From Geosiphon pyriformis uo1 (lineage: Eukaryota > Fungi > Glomeromycota): 64,000 nt of DNA. The stretch spans positions 62,001-126,000 of the forward strand of contig JAAOMT010000543.1 in NCBI GenBank assembly GCA_016748015.1, read 5' to 3'. Each line of letters opens with the position of its first letter. Within the stretch, counting starts at the first letter, position 1. The notes beneath the pieces were generated by a model. The model made no database searches, had not been told where the DNA came from, and saw nothing but the letters and a program-made list of their open reading frames with translations. This document shows positions 1 through 14,883 of the stretch, piece after piece. The position numbers and the translations under genes are program-made.

Positions 1-1572
1 TAATATAGCTAAATTATTTACAATATAAACAAAAATTATTATTTTGTTAACAAAATTTTCTGCTTTTGTAAAAAATTTATGATAAGTTATATTAATTTAT
101 ATTAAATTATTCTAAAATAAAGCTAATAATTAATTATTTATGAAGAATTAAACAAATACAGAATTACTAATATTTAAATATTGTATTACAAACTAAATTA
201 AAATTGATTAATTAATACTTTTTTTAGTTAATATTATATACAAACTGTTAAAATTCAATAATATATATTAAAGTAGCTTAATTTTTTTTAATGAAGATAG
301 CATAATTGGTAGGCCAATATTTATATTCTTAAATATTATTTTAAAATCTTAAAATGATAAAAACAATTTCTTAATTTATATTACAAACCAAATAAAAATT
401 ATATTTATATATAGTATATTAATAAATATAACTTAATTAGTATTATCAAACTTTCAAGTTAACTAATTTTTGGTTTAGAAATAATAGTTTAAAGTAAAAT
501 AATTTAAGTATATTGTAAATATGAAAAGATATTTTTTAGTTAAATGTTCTTTTATTAAACTACTTATAATGCTTTAAAAATTTAATAAGATCAATTCCTT
601 TTGAAAACATAATAAATAATTAAAAAAATAGATTAAACTATTATAATTTAGCAAAATAGCAAAAACAACTAAAAATTAAGCACAAAACAAAAGAATAAAG
701 CAAAAAAATTAATTTACAACTAATGTTAATTTACTTAAAAAACTAAAAATGGATTTAGATAATCTTTTTTATGTTTAAGAAATTTTAAATCGATTACTAG
801 TCATATTAGTAAGCTAATCCAAAATATTCTGGAATAGTTTATAATTTCTATAATTAACTATTTTTTTATAACAACTATCTTGAAATTTAAAGAACAAAAA
901 TCAGATATAATCAGCTTCTTTTTTTATATTCAAGTATTCCAAGATTTATTATTAATTAGATTTGTAAGATGCTTAAAATATTTTAGAATGATCTGCAGTT
1001 CCATATTATTCAAGCTCATAACAAAATTAAAATTAAACACATAATGAAATTATTAAAATAAAATATAAAAATAAAAACAAATAGACTTACTTAAAAAAAG
1101 GAAAAAATTATAGCTTTATGTAAAGTGTAAACACCTTAACCAAATCATTTATATTTCTTTTCAAAAATTAATGAAATATTTGAGCTATATTCTAGCAAAT
1201 AGAAATCAATTCAAAAATCATTAAAAAATCATTTTTATAATTAAATACAAAATATAATAATTCACAATCCTGCTTTTTAGTTTTATCCATTTTCAAAGAC
1301 TTATAAATAAATTTTTTTAACAAGTCAATAGTTATTTTATATTGGTTTATTTAAAAACTTGAAAAAAACATTAGGCTTATCTTTAAAGTTTTTGACTTGT
1401 TGTATAAAAATCAACCCTAAAAAAAGCTTCTTCGGACATCAATCAACCTGGGTTACCTTTAGTAATAATATTGGAAAATTTTAACAGCGACAACATTCAT
1501 ATTCAAAATTCAGCTTGTAATGATATAATAGTTTGACTTTGGTCAAAATAAAAATTACCATAAATCTCTTTT

Positions 1573-2366
1573 TCAAAATCCCAATAACCTATTGACAACT
1601 TTCCAAACTGAGATCGTTATCTTCGTTTCCTTTACATCCTGATCAGCGACATGACCATCCAAGCCATCATCATCACTTGGACATTTAGGAACATTAGGGG
1701 GCCGGCCATCAGAATCTTGGGCAAAATTTTGCGTCCAGTACTTGTCCTGAAACCCAGAGCCAAAATGTGTATATTCCCGATTCAAGATATTTGCTCGGTG
1801 GCCTGAGGAATGCATCCACCTATGAAATTGTATTTTAAGATAATTGTGACAAGTTCAGATAATTTATGTTGGCAATTCGAAATACTACTCACGCATACAT
1901 CACCCCGACATCATCATTTTTTTCGAACCCAGCAGCGATATTCTCACCAGCAGTCCACCAATTTAAAAATCCTTGATCGTCAATACGTTTTCCGAGATCA
2001 CCGGCCGGATCACTGTGTGTTAAATTATGTGTTTCGGCCATGAATTTGGTGTGCAGTTGGGCGGCTTTGTTTAAACGGCTGAACAACGTCAATTACGATT
2101 ATGATAAATGAGAATCAGTTATAATATCTCAAATAGTAGTCTTTAAGGTAGATTTGTTATCATGAACTCAACTTGTCTAATGCCAATGGTTGTCGCCACC
2201 ATCGTGCCCGTTCTTTGTTCACAAGGCAAAGCAAAGAAGCTGGTGATGCATCTACTATTGTTTCATTGAGCAGCGTGAATATCAAAAAAATCATAATTAT
2301 ACTAAGATTTAAAAGCGATTTAAATCTAATTTCCCGCCGTCTATGAATTATAACAAAGTTCTCCAT
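1573..2366 (-). CDS. CAP/SCP (PR-1/Allergen V5, YkwD-like) domain protein, probably secreted; exons 2366-2173, 2078-1893, 1819-1573 (~208 aa)
   Basis: Three ORF fragments join in frame through GT-AG introns (2172-2079, 1892-1820): LLCLVNKERAR..LALDN|RLNKAAQLHTKFMA..LTHS..GENIAAG..VMYA|WMHSSGHRANILNREYTHFGSG..YWTQNF. Hydrophobic N-terminal stretch (IIMIFLIFTLL); the true start Met may be the downstream one. Confidence 0.9.
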
Positions 2367-3634
2367 TTCTTTTTGATAAACTCAACAATAAATCACCAAA
2401 GTGAACAAGTGAAGCTTCAGTAAAATGAACATTTAAGAGCTACAGTCAACTGAAATAAACCCAAACTCCAGCATCGTGACTTAGTTTATTCATGTTTTGG
2501 TGTTTTGTGTCCAGCCAAGAATTCTGGTGATATATAGGGATTTAACATGCATGAACAGGCTGAGTTCCACAAAATTCTTTCAAACAGGATTTGATTTTCT
2601 TCAGAGAATATTGATAGCCTTGTGCAAGGAATATTTTAAATTGGCTATAGAGGTTAAACCAGGAAATTGAATGGAAACAAAAGGGATATATGCATGGAGT
2701 TTTTGAGAAAGATTTTTTTTCATGGAAATGCTGAAAGCAGGCATGTTAATAGAATTTTTTATAATGAATTACCAAACCTTTAAACAGCCTTTTGATGAAA
2801 AATGAAAGTTTTCACTTTCAAGAGAATTCGAGATCTTTCGAAACAGAACCAATAAAACTAAAAATCTTCATCTTTGTAGAGAGCAGCAAATCAATTAATA
2901 TTTTAAAGATTTGCATGTAACAGGAGTAAAGCTGTATTCCTTTATTCCACATAACATATCAGCCAGAATTTGTTGTAAATGATAACCATCATCACTAAGG
3001 CATACAATAAGCTATTAATAATGAAATTTAATATTGGTTTTCAAACTAATAGTAGTTACACGAACTTAGCTCAATTAAAAAACCCGTGTTGCGTGGGCTA
3101 ATTATTATAACTTTTACTAATAAAACCCTTTTTAAACTGTTCCAAACTTCTTTAGAGTATCGTTGAAAAAAACATGAAAAACCCAATTATGAAAATTTGT
3201 GAGAGTTTTTGAAAGCGTTATTGCCAAGTTTTCCATTTTGTATAATAAAATCGATGATTTTTTTATAACCAATTTTTTTGCAATGAAACTTCTTGTTTTT
3301 TTTTATGTAAAAATTTAATTATCTTTTTATTAAAACAATCAAGTCATTGTTTATTGCAAACAGTTCCCATTTGGTCGTAATTTTCAATTAGTTAAAAATT
3401 TCAAAGTTTTTAATAGATTTCTTAAGCAGCAATTGAAAAGGTCACTTAGAAAAGATTGATTTAAGGGTTTGAAATAAAGATTTTGAAAAAATCAAAATTT
3501 GAACATATTATCCTCCTAGAGTACCGAAAGTCTATTTTTATTATAACCCAACAACAAGAACTCTCCCCAACCCATTAGTTTGGATATTTATCGTTATATT
3601 GATCATTCCCTCTATATTTTGCCAACTTGACCAG

Positions 3635-5962
3635 CTATTGACACTGATAGGCTGCGATATGGTGAAACATATTCTGATCGGGCAAAGTATATGACAATAT
3701 CCATTCACCCAACTCATTAAGATTCATTTCTCCAGAAAATGTGACACTCCCATCCCGATCAATCTCATCACAATCTAAGGTTTTCTTCTTTTTGAACCCT
3801 TGACTGTACACAATTAATGTGGGTAATTGTCGCACATTTTGTTCGAATAAGATTATCTCGAATTTAGTTCGCTCCTTATATTTGAGTGTGGATTGTGTAG
3901 GACAGATGAGCGAAAATTGAAAAGGTGTACTGTATGTTTTAACTAATGGTGTATAATTCAGGCCATTTCCTCGGTTCACGACTTTAAAGCCTGCCGCGAA
4001 AGGACCTCCCTAGTAAATTTAATCATATTTCTTCAAATTAGTAAAAACAAAAGGATTCAGGCAGTTAATGCTCTCTATATTCATGAAATTCTTACATCTC
4101 GACTTTTGAACACATAAATGGATAATTTTCCTCCCCCTCCACTTGGTATTCCACATTCAATTCGATACAGTCTACCACCATTTGGCCCAACACCTCCAAG
4201 TCGATTGACAAGTGTATCAATTTTTTGTCCTTTCCATTCAAGACTACAACTAGGAAACTTATCTGTCTCAAGATCTGTTTGCTCAATTTCGAGAATGAAG
4301 CAATCATTGTCGACTTCAACAACACAAGGGAAATAATTCACCATATTGAACCCGGCACTGAACCATTCTGATTTTAAATATGGCAACTCGTTGAACTCGG
4401 CATTTGTGATTGTGGGTGTGATGTACTGATGTTGCTTGTTTTCGGGGAAATGGGTGTAAATCAGTCGTAAAGGAGAGACCAGAAAATAGAAATCATTGAA
4501 TCCTCGATTGAATTTCATGTTTGAAACTGTTCCAGCACCCCATGTGCAATCTATTAATAAGTATTCACTATCAACCCGTACAGCATTCCAAGCATGTGGA
4601 TGAGAATTTCCGCAAACTAAATCGCCAGGTTCATATCCAGCACCTTTGGGAAAGTATCAAGTTCCAGTGATTGAATGCATTAAACTTTAAATGGAATTTC
4701 AAAAGCTTGCCTTTAGCATTTCCAGTAATTTTCCAGGTTTCTAAATCAGCAGAAACTGCCAATTCGTGAAATAATTCGCTGTATCCTGCACATACAGCTT
4801 TGCGAGATTTCAAAATATCTTTTCCAGAATTATTGCGAATAAGTCCTAAAAGAAACAATAATAATAATGGTATTGGATTGATTTTGCTCATAATCTGAAT
4901 CAGCAGCTTTAATATACCTCCATAAAAAGCATCCACGTCATAAGCAATATTGTGAGCAACCCAAGTGAAAATACATCTCAGTTGATAAATTGGATGAGTC
5001 CATTCTGATGTTAAATATCTCGATAAACGCTGTATGGAAGATTCTTCTTGTTTGGGTGCTTTTCTTGCATGTTCATCCACAATATCAAAATCCACTTCTG
5101 TGAAAGTCAAGCCGGGAATTAGGAAATTTTAGTGAAAATGACCGAGTTCCAGATTAAAAAAGATTATAATTTACCTGCTAATTCTAGCGGCCCTTGGAAA
5201 TCATCATCAACAACAACACTACGTTTCCTGGATTAAACATTTTGTCCAAATCATTTAGATTATCCAAAAGAAATTTAATTATCTCTTCTTCATTGAAAAC
5301 CAACCTAAGCGGATTTTTTTTCTCAATTTTTTGCAGCTTACTATTTCTACGAAAATTCGTACGAGTTTTATCCTCATTTTCTGCCTCTGGATTCCCTGAC
5401 AGTGTTCGCGAATACCTACTCAGTTTTTTAATCGAGGCACAATCTTCAACATTATTTTCTTTGACATCATCAGTTATATCCTCATTGCTGCCATTGGTTG
5501 AGTTTGAAGATGATATTCGCTGTTTCAAATTATTACGAGGTGGAAGTTTAGGAATAAGGGGATTTTTTGGGGTGCCAATTTTGTTCAGAATTGAATTTAT
5601 TTTATCTTGAAATGGCTCTCCTTCCGCTTGAAATTCTTCAACAAAACATCGCGGAAATGAGCCAAAGGTGCCAGTCGCTGCTATGCTTCCGTTCCACCAG
5701 TCATCATTTTCTAGCAAAGAGACATTGGAAAGGAAGATAATATAGACAGGTATTTTCTTCCAAGAATAAGACTAAAACCATTCTTTGTTCAAAAGTCATA
5801 ATCACCAATTCCTAAAACGTCTATAACGTCATCGACATCAAAATTCAAATCCAATGGATGATCACTCTTATATCTGTACTTTGCTTTCACCATATAAATT
5901 GGTCCCCAAAGCAATAAATTCTCCCAATGACTTTCTACTCTTTTCTCTTTTTTCAAACTCAT
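3635..5962 (-). CDS. SH3 + transglutaminase-like (Cyk3/kyphoscoliosis-peptidase-like) protein; exons 5962-5806, 5710-5305, 5227-5175, 5097-4918, 4845-4711, 4643-4096, 4009-3635 (~617 aa)
   Basis: Spliced frame stays phase-consistent over six introns of 67-95 nt. SH3: VKAKYRY..DLNFDVDDVIDVLGIENDDWWNG..GSFPRCFVEE. TGc core: IFTWVAHNIAYD, AVCAGYSELF, GNAKGAGY, HAWNAV, LIDCTWGAG, FYFLVSP..THFP. Confidence 0.88.
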
Positions 5963-8559
5963 TCCTTTGCGCTATATCTTTGGACAAGATTGATCATTAA
6001 GGAGCAGACTTCTTTTAATTGAAAGGATATTTAAAGCAATATATTGAAATTAATGACAGGATCAAAGTTTATACTGTATTTTTGATTTATAATTTTGGCC
6101 ACGATACATCATATTACGGAATATCCTGCATTAAAAGATTTTGTACACCCGGATTTTGTACACTTTAGGTTAGCTCTTAGTTGATTGTTAGTCTGGTACC
6201 TGATTCATACACTTTTACCCTTGTTTTATCGCAATGACCTAACTATTGTTTAACAGTGAATTTTTAGTTTCTAGATGATTGATTATTGACCGATAATAAA
6301 GCGTGACAAATATTTTCCCCTTGGATTGTTTTGTCTTTTAAAACTTTTCGTTTTAAATATTAAAATCTTTTGAAATTGCATTTCAATCAAACAGAACATT
6401 TATAAAGGTGAGGATTCTAATGCTTTTGGTCATGTTGAGTGTATCTTGACGCATTTTTTGTCATGGATAATCCAAAGGTGAAATTATAGTATTTCGTTCA
6501 TTAGGCAGTGTGTATTTTTATGATGTTTTTACAATTACCACTTCTTTTTTTATCATTTATTTTATCATTAAATTATAATTTGCAAAGCCAAAAAGATATA
6601 TTTATGTGCATATTTTAAGTGCAAAACCAAAAAGTTTTTTATGATTAAATTTTTTCAACATAACTTATTTAAGATATCAACTTAAAAAATCCAGGCAGCA
6701 TATTGTATTGAAATAAACAATTTGCAAAAAGAGTGGCATACAAATTTTGTCGTTTTTTTATAAGGGTTTTTCAAGAATAAAATTAAATTTTGTAAATGTT
6801 TTGTTATTGACATTATTTTTATTTATTAAAAATAACAATAATAAATGCAAGAATTATTGTTTTCAATAATTCATTGTTTAAAACATTAGAGAAAATCGAT
6901 TTTAAAATTCAAAACATAAGTTTTAATGAAAATATTTATTTTGAATTAATTATTTTTTAACTAAAAATTAAATACACTTGTAAATAAAATAGTATAAAAA
7001 AAATTATTTAAAATTTTTGATTACATCATTATGCAAATGATTTAATCTCTAAGTCATTTATTGAAACAATAAACTTGATAATACATTATTATTTTTTGAC
7101 AATAAAGATAATATTATAAATAATAAAATTAAGAATAATAGCAATTTGTTGACAATAAAAGAATTTTACAAGATAATAACCAAAGATTTTGGGTTAAAGA
7201 TTTGGTATTAGAAAGCTTTGAAGATTTTTGAATACGCCAAATTAGCAACTGCAAACATAATAAATTTTATATAGTTAATTTTGATTAAATGCAAAAATAA
7301 AATCACAACTAAATTAAATTTAAAACATAAAAAAATAAGTGGTTGATACTTGATAAAAATAAATTAATAAATACAACTAGTAAAATTAATACAAATAAAC
7401 TGATGCTTTTTAAAAAGCAGAATAAACAAAGTATTTTCACATGTTTTAATATGATATAATGTAATTATAAAGTTAGCAACAAAAATAAAATCATAATTGG
7501 CTTAATATAATAGTATTTTAATATAAATCCAAATAATTGATTATATATTAAAAATACATTATTTACATTTATATTAATTTTTATAACTAAAATAAAAAAT
7601 TATATTTTACCAAAATGATAAAATATTATTATTATTATTATTTTAATTAATTTAAAAACTATTTTTTATTTATAAATATTTTATTATTTTTAATTAAAGC
7701 CAAATTATGTGTAATTACTATTATTATAAAGAGTTTTAAAACTTTTAACAAAAAAATAATAATCAATATCTTCTTTTATTATTACTTAAATGGCTAAAAA
7801 ATTCCAAATACAAATAATATCTAATATTGAATTCTAAAATACTAATATAAGATCTAAAATTATATTAGTATGTAATTTTTTGTTAATAATATTAACTGTT
7901 TTTTTACTTTATTTTTTTTGAAAAAAATAGTAACTAAAATATTTATAAAACTGATTTTATATAATAAATTTTTACATATTTAATTCTTCTTATTAAGATT
8001 AAATTTATTCTTAATTATTTTATTATTATATAATATATCTTTTTTTAAGTTATTTATTAGCATATTAAATTCAATTATAACAAATTATATATTTAATTTT
8101 TTAATAAAGTTTATATGATATTATAAAAAAATTATTTAAACTTTTAATAAATTGAATTTTATGTTTATAAAATGTATGTTTTTTTAGATTATATATAATA
8201 TGAATTTTAATATTATTTTTATTTAGCAAATTAATGTTAAATAAAATAAAAGCAAAAAAAAATAGAAAATCAATATTTTATTAATGTTTTTAGCATTTAT
8301 TTAATAAATAAATCAAATTTAAAGAAATAGTTTACAACAATAATAATTTGAATTTATGTAAAAATATTGAAATTAAAATAAAACCAGATTTTTTATCTTT
8401 GATTGTCTAGTTACTAAATACATTTTTTACTAGTTAATACTATTTATATTAATACATATTTTTTGAATATTAAATAAATTACTGTTATTAGTTTTTATTA
8501 GCCATTTATATAACTGCTTATTATTACTAATTGTTTTATATTATTATGTATTTTTATTA

Positions 8560-9300
8560 TTTTAATATTTAATTAGCTAATTATAATATTTATTTTTGCT
8601 GTTTTTTATTTAAGTATTATTTTTATTTCAAAAAAATACAATTAAAAAAGAGTTGATTAACTTATTCTTAAAATGTTTTTTAAAACAATAAGTTTTTTTT
8701 AATAAAAACCAATTAATAAACCAAAGAAGCAATAAAAAATACTTGAAACCTAAAATATACAACAGTATATTGCTATTAACTAACAAACTTTAATTAATAT
8801 CAAAAATTTTATTAAAAACATTCAAGAAACTATTAAAAATATTACATAGAATAATAACAACAAAAATAAATACAGATTCAAAAATTACATAAAATTTTAT
8901 AATTTTAAAAGTGGTAAATTAGCAAATATAATTTTTTTAACAATATTTAAAAAAAATATGAAATGCTAACTTTATATTAAAAAGCTTAATATTGTTTTTA
9001 ATAACTAATTTTAAATCAAAAAACCATGCAAAACTAAATTCAATCTTAATATAAGCTAATTTAATTTTAAAACTTAAATATTATTAGAATCGCTAATATT
9101 TTCAAAAAACAGAAAAAAAAGTGTTTCTAGTATCCATATTATTAATTAAATTTTTAAGATCAAATAACTTATTAAGCTAATTAATAAAAGTTTTACATAA
9201 AAACATGACTTTTTGTGCTTTTAAAATCGGCAATAGTTAAATATATTAAACAATTTAACCATATGCTAATTAAAATCAACTTTGACAAATATTTTTGTTA
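8560..9300 (-). mobile_element. Heavily decayed repeat, probably LINE ORF2 3' fragment
   Basis: Weak by-eye resemblance to the reverse complement of the LINE C-terminal region seen elsewhere in the window; CpG-depleted, no ORFs. Boundaries approximate. Confidence 0.3.
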
Positions 9301-12300
9301 TTATTATTATTTAGAATAAAACAGTATTATTGTTTATAATCAAATTAAAATTAAACACTATAATTGGTGCAATTGTAACATAACTAGTAAAAACCCAAAA
9401 ACAGTCAATATTTTATTTTTTTACAAAAAAATAAATTAAAATTTCTGTTTGAAAAATACAAAAAAACATTTTCTTTTAACATTTCAAAAAATTTGGTTAT
9501 TTTAAGTTTGAAACAAAAAAAATGTTATTTTACTCCTTTAGTAAATATTTATTTAATATATTTTACAAAAGTTAACAATATACAAATCAAAAAAAAATAG
9601 TGAAAAGAAAATATAATTATTGCTAAAAAATTTGATTTTTGTTTAAAATTCTAGTTTGTTTTAAATTATTTTCTGCCACTTTGAGAAATCTTACTTATAT
9701 ATTTTTAAAAAAAGATCAATAATTAGGTTAATAATTATTTCTAAAAATAAAGTGGCTAATAAATATGACTAAATATAGTTAAAAAATTAAGATAATTAAA
9801 AATTAAAAATTTTCACCATAATAATATAATCTGTTATTTATATAAAAAACTTAATTATAAATTTTTAAATTGACAAAATTATGAAAATAATTTCTTATAA
9901 TAATAGTTAATTTTTAAGATTAATAATCATATTTGTTTTATTTCTTAATTTTTAAATTTTATTTATTAGTAAATTGTGATTATTATTTTTAAATTCCGAA
10001 AAACTTAAATGTTATTATTGTTAAAATTAAAAATCCCAGAATTTTAATATTAAATAATATTACTATTTAATAATAAATGCCAAAAAAATAATTTTATTAT
10101 ATTACTTATAATTAATAGTTTTTAATCATAATTATTAACAAAATATTAAACTTTTTTTTTTGTTTTTTTTGTTTGTTTTGTTGTTAAATTAACTAATTAA
10201 AAAGAATAATACTGAAAATATAATATTCTAAATGGTTTGATAAAATATATATAAAAAAGTATAAAAATAACTTATTGAAGTTTAATAGTTTATTAAAAAG
10301 TAAAAAACACTAAAATAAACTTGTCAAAAGAAACAAATAAAATTAAACAAAAAATTGTCAAAAGTTATATAAATTATTAAATTATTGTTTTTATACAAAA
10401 AATTTAATTAAAAATTTTTAAACATATAAAATCTTTAGATATTATTATTATGATTAAATTTAATATATTAATAAATAGCAAAAAAAACAGTATTATGTGA
10501 TAATAAAGATAATAAAAAGTAATTAAACTTTAATAAGAGAATTGAATTAGTAAAAATTTAATATGTGAAATCAATTACATAAATATTTTAGTTGCTATTT
10601 TTTCTAAAAAATAACAAGAAAATTTGAAGTAAAGGAATAATCCATACTATTAATAAAAAATAATACACTAGTATAATTTTATGTCTTATTTAGCATATTT
10701 AGAATTTAATTTCAGGTATCAATTGTACTTTTCAGTTAAAATTTATTTAATATACTTTACAAAAACCAAAAATTATACTAATCAAGAAAAAAAAAAAATA
10801 GTAAAAAAGAAATAAAAAAGTCGATATTATGTATTGATCTTTGCTTTAAAATTCAAGTCTAAATTTAATAAATTTCTATACTTTTTAAAAAAAATCAATA
10901 ATCAAGTCAGTAATTACATCAATAATTTGGTCAATAATCAAGTCAATGATTACATTAATAACTAATTCTAAAAATAAGATGAACATCAGTGGCTAAGTAA
11001 TAAATAAAAAGTAAAAAGTAAAAGTTTCAACTGTAATAATATATTATTTACATAATAGTACCAAATTATAAAATTTATTTAAAAAACTATTAATAATATT
11101 TGGTGTTTTACAAAAACCAAAATCAAAGTAGCAAAATTAGAATATATAGAAACAAATTATCTTTTATTTATATAAATATTATACAATTATTTAAAAAAAC
11201 TTTGAAGTATTATACAATTGTGTTCTAATTAAATCAGCTTTTACGTTTTATATTTATAAATACATTAATTATACTTTAACAAAAAAAATTCAAACTTAAC
11301 AGAACAGAATTTTTTTAAAACATTGTCAATACTTAAATAAACATCAATAATATAATTTATGACTATTATAATAAAAATATATTAACAAATAGAAAGATAT
11401 ATTTAAACAAATTTTTATTAATTATTAAAAAATTCAGAGCAAATACACAATTACAAATCTTAACAATAATTTCAAAAAAAAGTGATCTTACTTTTGTATA
11501 AGAAACAGCAAACAATTTTATCTAAGATTTATTATATTGTTATATTTTAAAAAACACAATACAGATTTTATTGAGATTTATATTATCTTCAAATACAAAA
11601 ACAATATTAAAACCCAAAAATTATTGGTTTGTGTTTCAAAAAAATTTAGAAAATAATAATATATTAAGTTATTATAAAATATTATTCAATAGATTTGGAT
11701 CAAAATTTTTAAGTTTATAATTGTTACAATTATTAACTTTTGCACAAAATTTCAAAACAGCTAATTAAAGACAAAAGCAATAAGAAAAAAAATTAAAAAT
11801 CGAAAAAACCTAAGAAAAACCCAATTCCAAATTTATTAATAAATTCTAAAATTAATTAGCCAATCTAAAAATTATTACATTAGATTTTATTGTTTTAGAC
11901 TTTATTAAACTAGTATTCAAAGTTTTAATTCTAATTATTTTAATAAACTAATAATAATTCCAAACTTTTTAATTAATAAACAAAAATTTAACATGAATAC
12001 TAAATTAAAACAATTTGGTAAATTTATTATACAAAAATTTAATAAATACTTAACTAAAAACCAAAACATATATTAATTATTATATTGTTTAAAACTTTAT
12101 TAAACTAATTTATATTAACAAAATTTAATATTATTAATTATTATTACAAATTTGATTACATAAAATAAATTATAAAGTTTAATTAGTTAGCAAAAATACA
12201 AAAAATTAATATTATTTACTAATTAATATTTATTTAACTCTAATTTACAGATTTATAATCTTATAATTATACTATTAATTCTTATTTTATTATTTTTTGT

Positions 12301-13243
12301 TAATATTTTAACAAATCTAATATTTACTGTAATTTTAAAAATAGTCAATAATATATTAAATATAATTGGTTAAATTATTTTAATATTAATAACAATTAAT
12401 AGTATTATAATAAACAGATAATAAATGCTAAAAATTAAAAAATATTAATTAAAAATAAAAATAAAAATCAGTAATTGTATATTAATCAATCTTTGATTTT
12501 ATTAGTTCTTAATATTTAAATTATTTTAGCAACTTAAAAATTCAACTTATTTAATTTTTAAATTAATAAATATATTTAAGAATTTACAGGATTTTATTAA
12601 CACTATATTTTAGAAAAAAATACAGTCACTGTTATTTTTTTCATAAAAATAAACCACTAATTAATATTATGTTTTAAACAACTATTATAAAAAATAGTAT
12701 ATTAATTGTATTATTATTTAATAAAACTTTTTTAAATATTAAAAACCTTATTATAATATATAAACATTAAAGTTAATTATTAGATTATTATGTTAATTCT
12801 AAATAATAGTTTAATTAATAATATTATTAAACAACTTATAAACCAATTAAGTTATTAAATTGACCATATTGTAAATATTTACATTATAATTATTAATAAA
12901 GCAATTAAAATATTTATTAGAATTATTATATTAATTAAAATATTTATAAACAACCACATAATATTAAGTTTTTATTAACAATAATTAGTTGTTAAAAACA
13001 ATTAAATACTTTAAATTATCTTTAATAATAAACATATATAAATTTTAACAATATTTAACCATTTTTATACAACAATTATATTATGTTAATCACTAATTAA
13101 ATTTAAAAAATCAGAAAATAAACAATATTTAAAACGAATAATATTTTTTAATTATTTTAAATTACTAATATTATTAGCTTAGAGAAAAAATTATCAAAAA
13201 GATTATCATAATTATATATATTTTTTTATAAATATAAAAAATA

Positions 13244-13523
13244 GGGACTTGCTAAATCGACCCACCCGCAACACGATATATTAATATATATAGAATTTTA
13301 ATAGTAATTCTAATAAATATTAGTTTAATTAAAATAAAAAATAACTTTTTCTTATAAAAATTGAATATAGATTATATATTTAATTTTTTATTATGCCTTA
13401 AGTAATTTATAGTGTTTTATAATTAAAAAAAACTTCGTTAATATGTTCCTATATATAGTTGAATACGAAACTATAGCGTAAAATAATATCACGTGTTACG
13501 AGTGGGTCGATTTAGCAATTCCC
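13244..13523. mobile_element. MITE (non-autonomous DNA transposon), 280 bp, ~32-bp TIRs, 8-bp TSD AAAAAATA
   Basis: Left GGGACTTGCTAAATCGACCCACCCGCAACACG; right end reverse complement GGGAATTGCTAAATCGACCCACTCGTAACACG (3 mismatches). AAAAAATA at 13236-13243 and 13524-13531. Confidence 0.88.
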
Positions 13524-14883
13524 AAAAAATATAGCATATAATTTTTATTAATAAAAGTTGTTGCTTATTAATAAAAAATACAAAACACTATTTTTTTTTA
13601 TTATAAAACTTATTAAGAAATATTTAATTATTCTAAAAACAAAAAAACAAAATAAAACTTTATTAAACAAATATATATAAATAATATTTAAAAAAACAAA
13701 CAACATGTAAAAATTTGTGCCAATAAACAATTTTAATTTCCAATTAAATAAAAAAATATATATTAGCAGTTATTTATAATTAAGCAATTACCAAATTAAA
13801 TAATTACCTATACAATAAAAAAACATAATAAATAATCAGAGCAAAAATTGATAAACAAATTTTAAACAAATATATTAGTAAACAAACTTTTTTAATTCAT
13901 TAATTATTTCAAAAAAAATTCTAAAATTATTATTAGATATTTGTACTAAAAAAAAGCAAAAGCAATAATATTACCTAAATATAAAATAGCAAAAATAAAT
14001 AATAGTATTAAAATTAGCCAATCAAAAATTAATAGTATAAATAATATAATACCAAGTATTTTAAAAATACCAAGAATTCTAAAAATACCAAAAGATTTCA
14101 AAAATACAACAAAATAATTAAAATATAACTAAAATATAACTAAAATATTAAAACATTTAGTATTACTAAAAATAAGTATATTTATAAATAATATTAATTA
14201 AAAAAAGCTTTGATAATTAGAAACAAAAGAATTAAGAACTATTTTCATCTTTGATTAACAACAATTCCAAATAAAATTATTATTAAATATATAAATTCAA
14301 ATTGCTGCTGTTATTATTAAAACTTAATAATAAACAAATTACATTCACAAATGTCAAAAACATAATTACTTATTTTATTACCTTAAACCAATAAATTTTA
14401 ATTATAATTTTATTATTAAATTAATATATTAAAAAAAATAGCATTAAAATTAAAATATCACAAATAGCTTGATAAAAAACATATACAGTCAGACCTCCAT
14501 AAAAGAACCCTCGATAAAAGAACAACCTCTTACAAAGAACATTTTTTTATAGAACCAATTGATTAATTAACAATTTTCCCTTTATATAAAAACAATCTAT
14601 AAAGGAACAAGAACATAATTTTATCAAACATTTATTCGAAATTTACCTTCATATAAGAACAAATATCACGTGCTAGATGTTAATTGGTAATTGGGAAAAG
14701 AGTTAGAACGTATTGAATTGATTTCATCCTGACTTTCTTTTAAATCGATTTACATTGGACTTACTCTTTTTGATCTTGTCTGTTTTCACGTATAGCCACT
14801 TAGTCCCAATTCAGGCTTGCTAAAACCAAATCTAACATTATCGTTATAGGCACATTTTCTAACAGACTTGCTAAATTATCACA

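Noticed and set aside
6600-10600. AT-rich stretch as centromere/origin or coding DNA
   Set aside because: No ORFs or defined repeat structure; best explained as terminally decayed TE sequence whose family cannot be assigned by eye.
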